Shown here one piece after another: positions 1 to 17,723 of a stretch of 64,000 nucleotides of DNA. A program made the translations under genes and the position numbers. The notes under the pieces are model-generated. The model saw nothing but the letters and a program-made list of their open reading frames with translations, was not told the DNA's origin and did no database searches. This DNA comes from Verrucomicrobiota bacterium. Lineage in GTDB: Bacteria; Verrucomicrobiota; Verrucomicrobiia; Limisphaerales; J093. The stretch lies in NCBI GenBank assembly GCA_040766265.1, contig JAXGQW010000010.1:363-64362 (forward strand). The letters run 5' to 3'. Positions within the stretch are counted from its first letter, which is position 1. Every line of letters starts with the position of its first letter.

Positions 1-96
1 AACGGCCTGCGTGCCTTTGCCACCCTCGGGCAGCGGGAAGCTCACTTCCAACTCGCCGGCCGCATGACCCTGCATGTCCTGAATCGTCAGTTTCAT
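1..96 (-). CDS. rplD: 50S ribosomal protein L4, 5' part (runs off window)
   Basis: Manual translation from ATG at 96: MKLTIQDMQGHAAGELEVSFPLPEGGKGTQAV; directly follows rplC, as in S10 operon order. Confidence 0.85.
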   Translation of the reverse strand, partial: MKLTIQDMQGHAAGELEVSFPLPEGGKGTQAV

Positions 97-105
97 GGCG
101 ATGCC

Positions 106-837
106 TTATCGTTTACCACCCTTGGCTCCGGCCTTGCCCTCGGCCTTGGCCGCCTCTTTGGCCTTCGCTGCCGCGGCCAGAGCTTGCCGCCGCTCCTCGG
201 CTTTCGCCTTCGGAAACTTCTTGGATTCCCGGATGACCACGTAGTCGCCGCACGCGCCCGGTATGGCGCCCTTGACCAGAAGCAAATTGTCGGCCTCCAT
301 CACCTGGATCACCTCGAGGTTCTGAATGGTCCTTTGAACCCGGCCCATGTGGCCCGGCATGCGGGTGCCGCGCATCACCGTGCCCGGGAACAGGCGCTGA
401 CCGATCGCGCCGGGCCGCCTGTGCCAGCCTTTCGAGCCGTGGGTGCTGTCGCCCCCTCGGAAGTTGTGCCGCTTGACCACGCCCTCGAACCCGCGGCCCT
501 TGGTGATGCCGATCGCATCCACAAAGTCGCCCGCGGCGAAAACGGCAGGCCCCACGATATCGCCCGGCTTCACGGCCAGGGAGAATCCGCGGAATTCGCG
601 GATCCGGCGGACGGGCGTGCCGCCCTGTTTGCGGATGTGGCCCAGGAGCCCCTTGGCGAGCCGCTGCTCCTTTTGCCCATCGAAACCGAGCTGAACCGCG
701 TCATAGCCGTCGGTCGCGACCGTCTTGCACTGCAGAACGCAATTGGGTCCTGCCAGCACGACGGTCACCGGCACAAGGTTACCGTGCGCGTCGTAGACGC
801 GAGTCTGTCCGAGTTTCTTTCCGAGCAAACCAATCAT
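106..837 (-). CDS. rplC: 50S ribosomal protein L3
   Basis: GKKLGQT, GYDAVQLG, TKGRGFEG..KRHNF, MPGHMG motifs. Confidence 0.98.
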   Translation of the reverse strand: MIGLLGKKLGQTRVYDAHGNLVPVTVVLAGPNCVLQCKTVATDGYDAVQLGFDGQKEQRLAKGLLGHIRKQGGTPVRRIREFRGFSLAVKPGDIVGPAVFAAGDFVDAIGITKGRGFEGVVKRHNFRGGDSTHGSKGWHRRPGAIGQRLFPGTVMRGTRMPGHMGRVQRTIQNLEVIQVMEADNLLLVKGAIPGACGDYVVIRESKKFPKAKAEERRQALAAAAKAKEAAKAEGKAGAKGGKR

Positions 838-840
838 AAC

Positions 841-1149
841 CTAAATCTTGATCGTGATATCCACCCCCGCGGGCAGATTGAGCTTTTTCAACTCGTCCAC
901 CGTCTTGGCGGTCGGCTCCAAAATGTCCAGGAGACGCTTGTGCGTCCGCTGCTCGAACGTCTCCATCGATTTCTTGTCGGCATGGGGCGAGCGCTGGACC
1001 GTGAACCGCTCGACGCGTGTGGGGAGCGGGATCGGCCCGGCCACCATCGCGCCCGTGCGCTTCACGGTCTCCACGATGTCGCGGACCGACTGGTCAATGA
1101 CGCGATGATCGTACGCTTTGAGGCGGATGCGGATACGTTGTGCAGCCAT
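841..1149 (-). CDS. rpsJ: 30S ribosomal protein S10
   Basis: [26 protein letters not shown]. Confidence 0.98.
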   Translation of the reverse strand: MAAQRIRIRLKAYDHRVIDQSVRDIVETVKRTGAMVAGPIPLPTRVERFTVQRSPHADKKSMETFEQRTHKRLLDILEPTAKTVDELKKLNLPAGVDITIKI

Positions 1150-1171
1150 ACAAAGATCAAAGGTTTCAAGT

Positions 1172-3361
1172 TCAACTGCGCGCGGCCTTCGGCTTGGCCG
1201 AGTCCAAAATCGCCGTCAGGATGTTCGCCGGCACCGGCTCGAACGACTGCGGCTCCATCGAGTACGCCGCGCGCCCCTTCGAGAGCGACCGGATCGCCGT
1301 GGCGTACCCGAACATCTCGCTCAGCGGCACGCGGGCGTGCAAGCTCGTGGCGTTGTTCTTCGCCTCGATGCTGACAATCTTGCCGCGGCGCCGATTCAGA
1401 TCACCGAGCAAATCGCCCTGGTATTCCTCGGGCGTGGTGCATTCCACTTTCATGATCGGCTCGAGCAGGATCGGGCCGGCCTTCTTCGCGGCGTCCTTCA
1501 GAGCAAAGATGCCCGCCATCTTGAACGCCAGTTCGCTGGAGTCAACCTCGTGGTATGTGCCGTCCACAATCGCGATCTTCAGGTCCACCATGCGATAGCC
1601 TGCCAGCACCCCGCCCGCAATCGCCTCCTCCAAGCCATGCACCACCGCCGGAATGTACTCCTTGGGTATCGCGCCGCCCACAATCTCGTTGGCGATCTCG
1701 ACTCCCTTGCCGCGTTCGTTGGGACGCAGCGTGATCACCGCATGCCCGTACTGCCCGCGCCCGCCGCTCTGCCGGATGAATTTGCCTTCGCCCTCCGCCG
1801 CCCGGCTGACCGTCTCGCGGTACGCGATCTGAGGGGCACCCGCATTGGCCTGCACCTTGAACTCGCGGGAGAGCCGGTCGCGAATGATCTCGAGGTGCAA
1901 TTCTCCCATGCCGGCGATGATCAGTTCGCCGGTCTCGCTGTCCGTGTAGACCCGGAAGGTCGGGTCCTCCTCGGCCAGCCGCTGAAGCCCCTCGCTCATC
2001 TTGTCGCGGTCCAGCTTGGTCTTGGGCTCGACCGCCATGGAAATCACCGGCTCCGGGAACGTCGGAGGCTCGAGAAGGACCTGCGCATCTTCGTCGCACA
2101 GGGTGTCTCCCGTGATGATGTTCTTCAGGCCGACCAGAGCGGCGATGTCGCCGGAATAGACGCTCTCGACGTCGATCCGCTCGTCGGCCTGGATCATCAT
2201 CACGCGGTTGATGCGCTCGCGCTTGCGGGTCCGCGGGTTGTAGATCAGGTCGCCTTTGCGGATCTGGCCCCTGTAAACGCGGAAGAAAACAAGCTTGCCC
2301 ACAAACGGATCGGTCCACAGCTTGAAAGCCAGGGCGCAAAACGGACCCTCGTCGTCAGAGGCCACCTCCACCGGCTGATCCGCGTCGCTGCGGTCCAGCG
2401 CGGTTGGGGGCGGAACATCGAGCGGGGATGGGAGATAATCCACGACAGCGTCCACCAGCGGCTGCACCCCCCGTTTCTTGAACGCCGATCCGCACAGGAC
2501 GGGGACGAACTCGATCTTGCAGGTCAGGCGTCGAATCGCCCGCTTGAGGACATCGGGCGGGATCGGACGGTCCTCGATGACGAGGTCGGCAATCTCGTCG
2601 TCCTTGTTGGACACGGCGTCAACCAGTTCCGCCAAAGCCATGGCCGCGCGCTCGCGATGCGCCTCGGGAATCTCGGCGACCGTGTATCGCAAGCCGATCT
2701 CGTCGGTTTCGTCGTACAGGACGGCCTTCTGGTTCACGACGTCGATCACCCCGTTGAAGCTGTCCTCTTGACCGATCGGAATCGTGACGGCGTATGCGTA
2801 AGCGCCGAGCTTCTTGCGCATCTCCCAGACGGCATTCTCGAAATTCGCACCCACCCGATCCATCTTGTTGACGAAGGCGATGCGCGGTACGCGGTATTTG
2901 GTCGCCTGGCGCCAGACGGTCTCGGACTGGGGCTGAACGCCGGCCACTCCGCAAAAGACGGCCACGGCGCCGTCGAGCACGCGCATGGACCGCTCGACTT
3001 CCGCCGTGAAGTCCACGTGGCCCGGCGTGTCGATGACGTTGATCCGGTGAGGGACGTTGTCGAAGAGCTTCACCATCCCCTCGGACTTCTGGGTCCAGTA
3101 GCAGGTGGTGGCAGCGGACGTGATGGTGATCCCGCGCTCGCGCTCCTGCTCCATCCAGTCCGTGACCGTGTTCCCGTCATCGACGTCGCCCATGCGATGA
3201 ATGAGCCCCGTGTAAAACAGGATGCGCTCCGTGGTCGTCGTCTTGCCGGCGTCGATGTGAGCCGCGATCCCGATGTTTCGGGTGTGCTCCATCGTGTATC
3301 GCCGGCGAGGCGAGTTCACGGTCTGGCGGTCTTCCGTCACAGTTGTGGTTGCTATGGCCAC
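1172..3361 (-). CDS. fusA: Elongation factor G
   Basis: [34 protein letters not shown]; probable start is GTG at 3361 (the ORF track's 3580 start overlaps rpsG). Confidence 0.97.
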   Translation of the reverse strand: MAIATTTVTEDRQTVNSPRRRYTMEHTRNIGIAAHIDAGKTTTTERILFYTGLIHRMGDVDDGNTVTDWMEQERERGITITSAATTCYWTQKSEGMVKLFDNVPHRINVIDTPGHVDFTAEVERSMRVLDGAVAVFCGVAGVQPQSETVWRQATKYRVPRIAFVNKMDRVGANFENAVWEMRKKLGAYAYAVTIPIGQEDSFNGVIDVVNQKAVLYDETDEIGLRYTVAEIPEAHRERAAMALAELVDAVSNKDDEIADLVIEDRPIPPDVLKRAIRRLTCKIEFVPVLCGSAFKKRGVQPLVDAVVDYLPSPLDVPPPTALDRSDADQPVEVASDDEGPFCALAFKLWTDPFVGKLVFFRVYRGQIRKGDLIYNPRTRKRERINRVMMIQADERIDVESVYSGDIAALVGLKNIITGDTLCDEDAQVLLEPPTFPEPVISMAVEPKTKLDRDKMSEGLQRLAEEDPTFRVYTDSETGELIIAGMGELHLEIIRDRLSREFKVQANAGAPQIAYRETVSRAAEGEGKFIRQSGGRGQYGHAVITLRPNERGKGVEIANEIVGGAIPKEYIPAVVHGLEEAIAGGVLAGYRMVDLKIAIVDGTYHEVDSSELAFKMAGIFALKDAAKKAGPILLEPIMKVECTTPEEYQGDLLGDLNRRRGKIVSIEAKNNATSLHARVPLSEMFGYATAIRSLSKGRAAYSMEPQSFEPVPANILTAILDSAKPKAARS

Positions 3362-3419
3362 GGAAAAAAAGAGACCCCGATTCCACTCGGCCCTCGGGGC
3401 GAATCCGACAAAGACTCCG

Positions 3420-3893
3420 CTACCAGCGGAAGTGGGCAAAGGCCTTGTTCGCCTGTGCCATCTTGTGCACGTCATCCCGTTTGCGGATGGCGTTGCCCTG
3501 GCCCTGGTACGCTTCGAGGATTTCGGCAGCCAGGGCCTGCCGCATCGGAACGCCCTTGCGGGCATCCGCAAAATCCACAATCCAACGCATGGCGAGGGAA
3601 ACCTGCCGGTCGCTCGGGACTTCGAGCGGCACCTGGTAGGTCGCTCCGCCCACCCGCCGGGGCTTCACTTCGAGCCGCGGCTTGGCGTTGTCCACCGCCC
3701 GCTGCAGCACATCGAGCGGATTCACGGCCAGATCCTTGGCCGCAATCTCGTCGAACGCCCCGTAGACGATCCCTTGCGCCACGTTCTTCTCTCCCCACTT
3801 CATGACCATGCTGACCAAACGCGACACCAAAGCGGAATGGTACTTCGGATCGGGAGTGATCGGTCGTTTAAATGCTCGGCGACGTCGCGACAT
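3420..3893 (-). CDS. rpsG: 30S ribosomal protein S7
   Basis: [26 protein letters not shown]. Confidence 0.98.
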   Translation of the reverse strand: MSRRRRAFKRPITPDPKYHSALVSRLVSMVMKWGEKNVAQGIVYGAFDEIAAKDLAVNPLDVLQRAVDNAKPRLEVKPRRVGGATYQVPLEVPSDRQVSLAMRWIVDFADARKGVPMRQALAAEILEAYQGQGNAIRKRDDVHKMAQANKAFAHFRW

Positions 3894-3911
3894 AAAAATC
3901 TCCGCGCGGTT

Positions 3912-4316
3912 CTAGGCAGCGGCCGCGGCCGCCGCAGGTTTGCCGGTCTTCGGGCGCTTCACCCCGTACTTGGACCGGCTGACGCGACGCTTCTCCACAC
4001 CCGCGGCGTCCAGGGTGCCGCGCACGATGTGGTACCTCACCCCCGGAAGATCCTTCACGCGACCTCCGCGCACCAGGACGATCGAGTGCTCCTGGAGGGT
4101 GTGCCCCTCATCGGGAATGTAGGCGATGACCTCATGCCCGTTGGTCAGCCGCACCTTCGCCACCTTCCGCATCGCGGAGTTCGGTTTTTTGGGTGTGCGG
4201 GTCATGACCTGCAGACAGACCCCCCGGCGAAACGGGGCATTTTGCAGGGCGGGTGACTTGCCCTTGTAACGCAGCTTCGCCCGGCCTTTACGCACGAGTT
4301 GGTTGATGGTCGGCAT
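3912..4316 (-). CDS. rpsL: 30S ribosomal protein S12
   Basis: [31 protein letters not shown]. Confidence 0.99.
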   Translation of the reverse strand: MPTINQLVRKGRAKLRYKGKSPALQNAPFRRGVCLQVMTRTPKKPNSAMRKVAKVRLTNGHEVIAYIPDEGHTLQEHSIVLVRGGRVKDLPGVRYHIVRGTLDAAGVEKRRVSRSKYGVKRPKTGKPAAAAAAA

Positions 4317-4384
4317 CGCAAATGAATCGAGTCGTGACCGCTGACCGCCGTCCGACGCGGACGGCGGAAAAAAACGGAGCGCGG

Positions 4385-4412
4385 ATCATAGCAGGGAGCA
4401 CTTCCGCTGCAA
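4385..4412 (-). promoter_or_regulatory. Putative sigma70 promoter of rpsL
   Basis: Minus strand TTGCAG-N16-TATGAT with extended TG, upstream of rpsL. Confidence 0.45.
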
Positions 4413-4449
4413 CAAGTATTTCAACTTTTTTACGCTGTTTCATTTTCGA

Positions 4450-8580
<4,131 letters not shown>

Positions 8581-8619
8581 AGACAAATGGGGTCAAAGGC
8601 TTGAACCGATCACCGCTCC

Positions 8620-12516
<3,897 letters not shown>

Positions 12517-12740
12517 TCGTTCCCCTCTGGTTAGACCGACGTGCTATCGGTCAGATTCTCTGCGTTAGACAACATTATGCCGGGGTCCCCGCTTGCCCAC
12601 GGAAACTCGCCGGCAACTCGATTTTGATCAAACTACTCGTCGGAGGATTCGTTCCAACGGACAATATACTCTGCGCTCTCGAATGCCGCCGGCGCGGCGG
12701 GAGCGGTTCCACGCCCCGCCGCGCGGCGGACGAACGGTCT

Positions 12741-13136
12741 TTACTTGAGTTCGACTTTGCCCCCGGCGTCCTCAAGCTTCTTCTGGGCGGCTTCGGCCTC
12801 GGCCTTGGGCGCCTCTTCGAGAATCGGCTTCGGGGCTTCCTCAACCAGTTTCTTCGCATCGGCCAGACCCAGGCCCGCCTTGACCTCGCGCACGGCCTTG
12901 ATCACCGCGATCTTCTTGTCGGCAGGCACCGACACCAGAATGACGTCGAACGCCGTCTTGGCCTCCGCCGCCGGCGCCTGTGCGCCACCCGCCCCGCCCG
13001 CCGCCGGCGCCGCCACAGCCACCGGGGCTGCCGCCGACACGCCCCACTTGGCTTCCAAATCCTTCACCAGCTCCGCAATCTCCAACACAGTCGCGTTGCT
13101 CAGTTCCTCAACAATCTTTGCCTTATCCAGTGCCAT
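12741..13136 (-). CDS. rplL: 50S ribosomal protein L7/L12
   Basis: MALDKAK start at 13136; Ala-rich hinge; [21 protein letters not shown]. Confidence 0.97.
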   Translation of the reverse strand: MALDKAKIVEELSNATVLEIAELVKDLEAKWGVSAAAPVAVAAPAAGGAGGAQAPAAEAKTAFDVILVSVPADKKIAVIKAVREVKAGLGLADAKKLVEEAPKPILEEAPKAEAEAAQKKLEDAGGKVELK

Positions 13137-13264
13137 GTTCTTTCCTTTCAGTCTCGTCGCCGTTCGCGGCCCCGAACGGTTTAAGCCCACCGGCCTGCGG
13201 ACCGACGATTTACTTTGGTTATGTCGACAATACCGCGCCGACTTCGTTCAGTCGGCGCGGACAT

Positions 13265-13792
13265 TCATTGAGCCGGCGTCCCGGCAAGCTTCTCGTTGCG
13301 GGCTTGCAGAACTCGGGCGAGTTGGGCAGCCGGCGTATTGAGAAGTCTGACCAATTGAGAGGCAGGGGCCTGGAATAATCCCAGGAGCTTGCCCCGCAGG
13401 ACGTCCAGCGGCGGCAAGTCGGCCAGCACAAGCAAATCCTCCAAAGCCAGACGCTGGTTGCCCAAATAGCCGAATTGCAGCTTGGGCCTGCCGAACTCGC
13501 CCTGAAAGACCTTGAGCACCTTCGCTGTCGGGGCAATGTCCTGCTGCCCCGTCACCACCGCAAGCTGTCCGTTCAACGTGCCGGCCAGGTCCGCCAGACC
13601 CGCCTCTTTGGCAGCCGCCTGGATCACCGAGTTCTTGACCACGTGCATCTCGGCACCCACCTTGGCCAGGCGCTTGCGCAGCTCGGTGAAGTGCCCCACG
13701 TTCATGCTCCGGTACTCGACCAGCAGGAAGAAGGGCGACGCATTGAGCCGGGCAACGTACTCGCGTGTCAGAAATTGCTTTTCAAGGCGCAT
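13265..13792 (-). CDS. rplJ: 50S ribosomal protein L10
   Basis: VVKNS motif, LADLPP..LRGKLLG; lies between rplA and rplL. Confidence 0.95.
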   Translation of the reverse strand: MRLEKQFLTREYVARLNASPFFLLVEYRSMNVGHFTELRKRLAKVGAEMHVVKNSVIQAAAKEAGLADLAGTLNGQLAVVTGQQDIAPTAKVLKVFQGEFGRPKLQFGYLGNQRLALEDLLVLADLPPLDVLRGKLLGLFQAPASQLVRLLNTPAAQLARVLQARNEKLAGTPAQ

Positions 13793-13805
13793 AATTCGAA
13801 GTGAG

Positions 13806-14510
13806 TCAACTCAGGTTGAAATCCCGCACATCGAGCCGGATCGCCGGACTCATGGTGCTGGACAATGTGCAATTGGTCAGGTAGGTGCCCTTGACGCTCG
13901 ACGGACGCGCCCGAATCACGGCCTCGATCACCGCCCGCCCATTGTCGACGAGCTGTTCGGCGGCAAAACCCACCTTGCCGATCGGCACGTGGATGTTGCC
14001 CGCCTTGTCGATCTTGAACTCGACCCGACCCGCCTTCACTTCCTTCACAGCCTTGGCCGTGTCGTCGGTCACCGTCCCCGTCTTGGGATTCGGCATCAAG
14101 CCGCGCGGCCCGAGCACCTTGCCCAGCTTGCGGACCTCGGACATCGCCTCGGGGGTGGCCACCGCCACGTCGAAATCAACCCAGCCTTCCTGGCATTTCT
14201 TGATGAGATCGTCGAAGCCCACATGCTCCGCTCCCGCGTTCCGCGCCGCATCCGCCGCGGCCCCAGGCTTTGCGAAGACCAGGACACGCACCACCTTGCC
14301 GCTGCCGTGAGGCAGAGGAACGGTCCCCCGCACCATCTGGTCCGACTGCTTGGGATCCACCCCGAGGCGGAAGGCCAACTCGACCGTCTCGACGAATTTC
14401 GCGCGGGGGAACTTGGTCAGAAGGCCGACGCCTTCGGCGAGCGGATAGGACTTGCTCGCGTCCACCATTGCGAGCGCTTTGCGATATCGTTTGCTGTGTT
14501 TCTTTGCCAT
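13806..14510 (-). CDS. rplA: 50S ribosomal protein L1
   Basis: LGPRGLMPNPKTGTVT, KFVETVE. Confidence 0.98.
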   Translation of the reverse strand: MAKKHSKRYRKALAMVDASKSYPLAEGVGLLTKFPRAKFVETVELAFRLGVDPKQSDQMVRGTVPLPHGSGKVVRVLVFAKPGAAADAARNAGAEHVGFDDLIKKCQEGWVDFDVAVATPEAMSEVRKLGKVLGPRGLMPNPKTGTVTDDTAKAVKEVKAGRVEFKIDKAGNIHVPIGKVGFAAEQLVDNGRAVIEAVIRARPSSVKGTYLTNCTLSSTMSPAIRLDVRDFNLS

Positions 14511-14558
14511 GTGTTTGCCGCGGTGCTGACGAGCTGATGCTCTCCCGCATTGCCAATG

Positions 14559-14984
14559 TTATCCGACAACGTCGATGCCCATGCTGCGCGCCGTGCCCGC
14601 GACAACGCGGATGGCGGCCTCCTGATTCACCGCGTTGAGGTCCTTCTGCTTCAGTTTCACGATGTCCAGCACCTGCTGCCGGGTCACCTTGCCGACCTTT
14701 TCCTTGTTCGGCGTCTTCGATCCCGAGGCAATCCCCGCCGCCTTCTTGAGCAGCACGGCCGCGGGCGGCGACTTGGTGATGAACGTGAACGACTTGTCCT
14801 GAAAAACGGTGATCACCACCGGGATGATCATGCCCGTCTGGTCCCGCGTCGCCGCGTTGAATTCCTTGCAGAACCCCATGATGTTGACACCGTGCTGGCC
14901 CAGCGCGGGCCCCACCGGGGGCGCCGGATTGGCCTGCCCGGCCGGGATCTGCAACTTGATGATACCCGTAATTTTCTTCGCCAT
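14559..14984 (-). CDS. rplK: 50S ribosomal protein L11
   Basis: [22 protein letters not shown]. Confidence 0.98.
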   Translation of the reverse strand: MAKKITGIIKLQIPAGQANPAPPVGPALGQHGVNIMGFCKEFNAATRDQTGMIIPVVITVFQDKSFTFITKSPPAAVLLKKAAGIASGSKTPNKEKVGKVTRQQVLDIVKLKQKDLNAVNQEAAIRVVAGTARSMGIDVVG

Positions 14985-14993
14985 ATCGAAAGC

Positions 14994-15560
14994 CTAGGCT
15001 TTTTCCACCTGCCAATACTCCAACTCGACCGGAGTGCTCCGGCCAAAAATGTTGACCGTGACCTTGAGCTTGCCACGCGTGGGATCGATCTCCTCGATGA
15101 CCCCGCTGAAATTCAGAAACGGCCCGTCGTTGATCTTGACTGTCTCGCCCACCTCGTAACTCACCTTGGGCCGCTCGGTGTCCTCAGACTCCGAAATCTG
15201 CGCCTTGATCGAGTCGATCTCCTCCTGCGGGGTCGGCGTCGGACGGTCGCCGCCAACAAATCCGATGATGCCCTGGGTGTCGCGGATGAAATACCACGGT
15301 TTCTCGATGACGCGCTGGTTCTCATCGAGCAGCGCCATATCAATGAAGACATAACCCGGGTAGAGCTTGCGGGTCGACACGCTCTTCTTGCCGCCCCGCA
15401 CCTCGGCCACGCGCTCCATGGGCACAAGCACCTCGTGGACGTATTCGCCCATCTCTTCCGGGACGATCCGCTTTTCGATGCTCTCTTTAACCTTGAGTTC
15501 CTGCCCCGAAAGCGTGTGCAGGACGAACCACTGGCTCTTCATGGGAGAACTCGATGACAT
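14994..15560 (-). CDS. nusG: Transcription termination/antitermination factor NusG
   Basis: WFVLHT.SGQE NGN domain, KOW (DGPF..F.G), IFGRSTPVEL; start may be 15542. Confidence 0.97.
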   Translation of the reverse strand: MSSSSPMKSQWFVLHTLSGQELKVKESIEKRIVPEEMGEYVHEVLVPMERVAEVRGGKKSVSTRKLYPGYVFIDMALLDENQRVIEKPWYFIRDTQGIIGFVGGDRPTPTPQEEIDSIKAQISESEDTERPKVSYEVGETVKINDGPFLNFSGVIEEIDPTRGKLKVTVNIFGRSTPVELEYWQVEKA

Positions 15561-15579
15561 GCGCGCGCGCCTCAGCGGC

Positions 15580-15846
15580 TCAGAGCTGGGGGAGCACCCC
15601 GCGAACGACTTTGAGAATGAGAAAATCGGCGAGAACGATCATGAGGCTCAGGATGGCCGTGCTGATGAGCACCACCACCGTCGAGCCCGCAAGCTCGTCC
15701 CGTGAAGGCCACGTGCACTTCCTGAGTTCCTCGCGCGTCTCGACGAAATAGGTCGAGAGCTTCATCAGGTGCCCCTTGCGCCAGAGATAGGCGAAGACGC
15801 CACCGATGATCACCACCCAAATGCCCAATTTGACTAGTTCGTTCAC
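15580..15846 (-). CDS. secE: Preprotein translocase SecE
   Basis: ELRKCTWPSR motif plus TM helix; upstream of nusG. Confidence 0.93.
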   Translation of the reverse strand: MNELVKLGIWVVIIGGVFAYLWRKGHLMKLSTYFVETREELRKCTWPSRDELAGSTVVVLISTAILSLMIVLADFLILKVVRGVLPQL

Positions 15847-15863
15847 AACTGTTCCTCGACCGT

Positions 15864-15953
15864 TGGCGGAGGGGGGGGGATTCGAACCCCCGAGAGCGTC
15901 ACCGCCCTAACGGTTTTCAAGACCGCCGCATTCAACCACTCTGCCACCCCTCC
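15864..15953 (-). tRNA. tRNA-Ser(UGA)
   Basis: GGAGGGGTGGCAGAGTGG...CTTGAAA anticodon loop, long variable arm, GTTCGAATC, CCA end; 90 nt. Confidence 0.95.
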
Positions 15954-15969
15954 CTGGGAGGGCCACGGC

Positions 15970-16045
15970 TGGCAGGGCGGGAGGGGCTCGAACCCCCAAC
16001 CGACGGTTTTGGAGACCGCTACTCTACCAATTGAGCTACCGCCCT
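15970..16045 (-). tRNA. tRNA-Trp(CCA)
   Basis: AGGGCGGTAGCTCAATTGG...CTCCAAA...GTTCGAGCC...GCCA; 76 nt. Confidence 0.96.
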
Positions 16046-16125
16046 ACCTGCCATCTGCGCAACCGCCAGCTCCGGCGATCCTCGCCCCACCGCAATCCCA
16101 ACGCCTCGCGCGCGGGGCGCACGAC

Positions 16126-17316
16126 TTACTCGATGACCTCGGTGACGCGCCCGGCCCCGATCGTGCGGCCGCCCTCGCGAATCGCAAACCGCTGCCCGCG
16201 CTCCATCGCAATCGGCGCGATCACCTTGATCGTCACCGAGACGTTGTCGCCGGGCATGACCATCTCGACACCCTCCGGCAGCGAAACATTCCCGGTCACG
16301 TCCGTCGTTCGGAAATAGAACTGAGGCCGATAATTCGTAAAGAACGGCGTGTGCCGCCCGCCCTCTTCCTTCGACAGCACGTACACCTCTGCCTTGAAAT
16401 GGGTGTGCGGTGTGATGGTGCCCGGCTTGGCCAACACCATGCCGCGCTCGACGTCTTCCTTCTTCGTCCCCCGCAACAGCACGCCGACGTTGTCGCCCGC
16501 ACTGGCCTTGTCCAGCAGCTTGCGGAACATCTCGATGTCCGTCGCCACGGTCTTGCGCGTCTCCTTCAAACCGACGATCTCGACGTCCTGCATGCGGTTG
16601 AGTTCGCCGCGTTCGACACGCCCGGTCACAACCGTGCCCCGCCCTTCAATGTTGAACACGTCCTCGATGCTCATCAGGAACGGCTTGTCGACCTCCCGCA
16701 TCGGGAGCGGCACAAACTCGTCCACCGCATCGAGCAGCTTCTGAATCGACTCCATCGCCTCGGGATCGCCGGCCAGCGCCTTCTTCGAGCTCCCCCTCAC
16801 GATCGGAGTCTTGTCGCCAGGGAACCCGTACTTGGTCAGCAAATCCCGCAACTCCATGTCGACCAACTCGAGCAGCTCCGGGTCGTCCACCAGATCCACC
16901 TTGTTCAGGTACACCACGATCGCCGGCACGCCCACCTGGCGAGCCAAAAGGATGTGCTCGCGCGTCTGAGGCATCGGCCCCTCGGCGGCGTCAACCACCA
17001 GGATGGCGCCATCCATCTGCGCCGCCCCCGTAATCATGTTCTTGATGTAGTCCGCGTGACCGGGGCAATCGACATGGGCGTAATGGCGCTGATTGCTCTG
17101 ATACTCGACGTGCGAGATCGCGATGGTCACTGTCTTGGTCTCATCCCGAACAGTGCCACCCTTTGTAATGTCCGCGTAGGAGATCGGCGTGGCCAAGCCT
17201 TTTCCCGCCTGGACCTCGACAATCGCGGCGGTCAGGGTCGATTTGCCATGGTCGATGTGACCGATGGTGCCAATATTAACGTGCGGTTTCGTCCGCACAA
17301 ATTGCTCTTTAGCCAT
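16126..17316 (-). CDS. tuf: Elongation factor Tu
   Basis: [37 protein letters not shown]. Confidence 0.99.
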   Translation of the reverse strand: MAKEQFVRTKPHVNIGTIGHIDHGKSTLTAAIVEVQAGKGLATPISYADITKGGTVRDETKTVTIAISHVEYQSNQRHYAHVDCPGHADYIKNMITGAAQMDGAILVVDAAEGPMPQTREHILLARQVGVPAIVVYLNKVDLVDDPELLELVDMELRDLLTKYGFPGDKTPIVRGSSKKALAGDPEAMESIQKLLDAVDEFVPLPMREVDKPFLMSIEDVFNIEGRGTVVTGRVERGELNRMQDVEIVGLKETRKTVATDIEMFRKLLDKASAGDNVGVLLRGTKKEDVERGMVLAKPGTITPHTHFKAEVYVLSKEEGGRHTPFFTNYRPQFYFRTTDVTGNVSLPEGVEMVMPGDNVSVTIKVIAPIAMERGQRFAIREGGRTIGAGRVTEVIE

Positions 17317-17373
17317 TGCGATTCCTGCTGTTCTCTTCGGTTTCGGTTGCCACTCTCAATCAATCACTTAAGC

Positions 17374-17449
<76 letters not shown>

Positions 17450-17581
17450 GAAACCACACCAATTCCCGTTTCGACGCCATCTCAAAACGGCAAACCACCC
17501 TCGCCCCTCGCCCTCTGGCTTGCTCCATCCGGACGGGGACAATCGGTTGTCAGCTCTTCCCAAATCAGTTTTGAGCGCGTG

Positions 17582-17611
17582 AATTTAGGAGACCGCACCC
17601 CCCGGTGTCAA
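17582..17611 (-). promoter_or_regulatory. Putative sigma70 promoter of tRNA-Thr/tuf operon
   Basis: Minus strand TTGACA-N18-TAAATT followed by GC-rich CACGCGC. Confidence 0.55.
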
Positions 17612-17723
17612 CGAATTTCGATGATCTTTTTGCAGCCCCATCCGCCCCCCTCCAAACGACTCGTTTCAAACGATTCGCTTTGCTTCCCGCCCAAGTCTGA
17701 GGAATCCTGCTGCCTCGTTTCGC

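Noticed and set aside
3362-3580. 802-aa EF-G with long N-terminal extension
   Set aside because: Overlaps rpsG; GTG at 3361 is the plausible start
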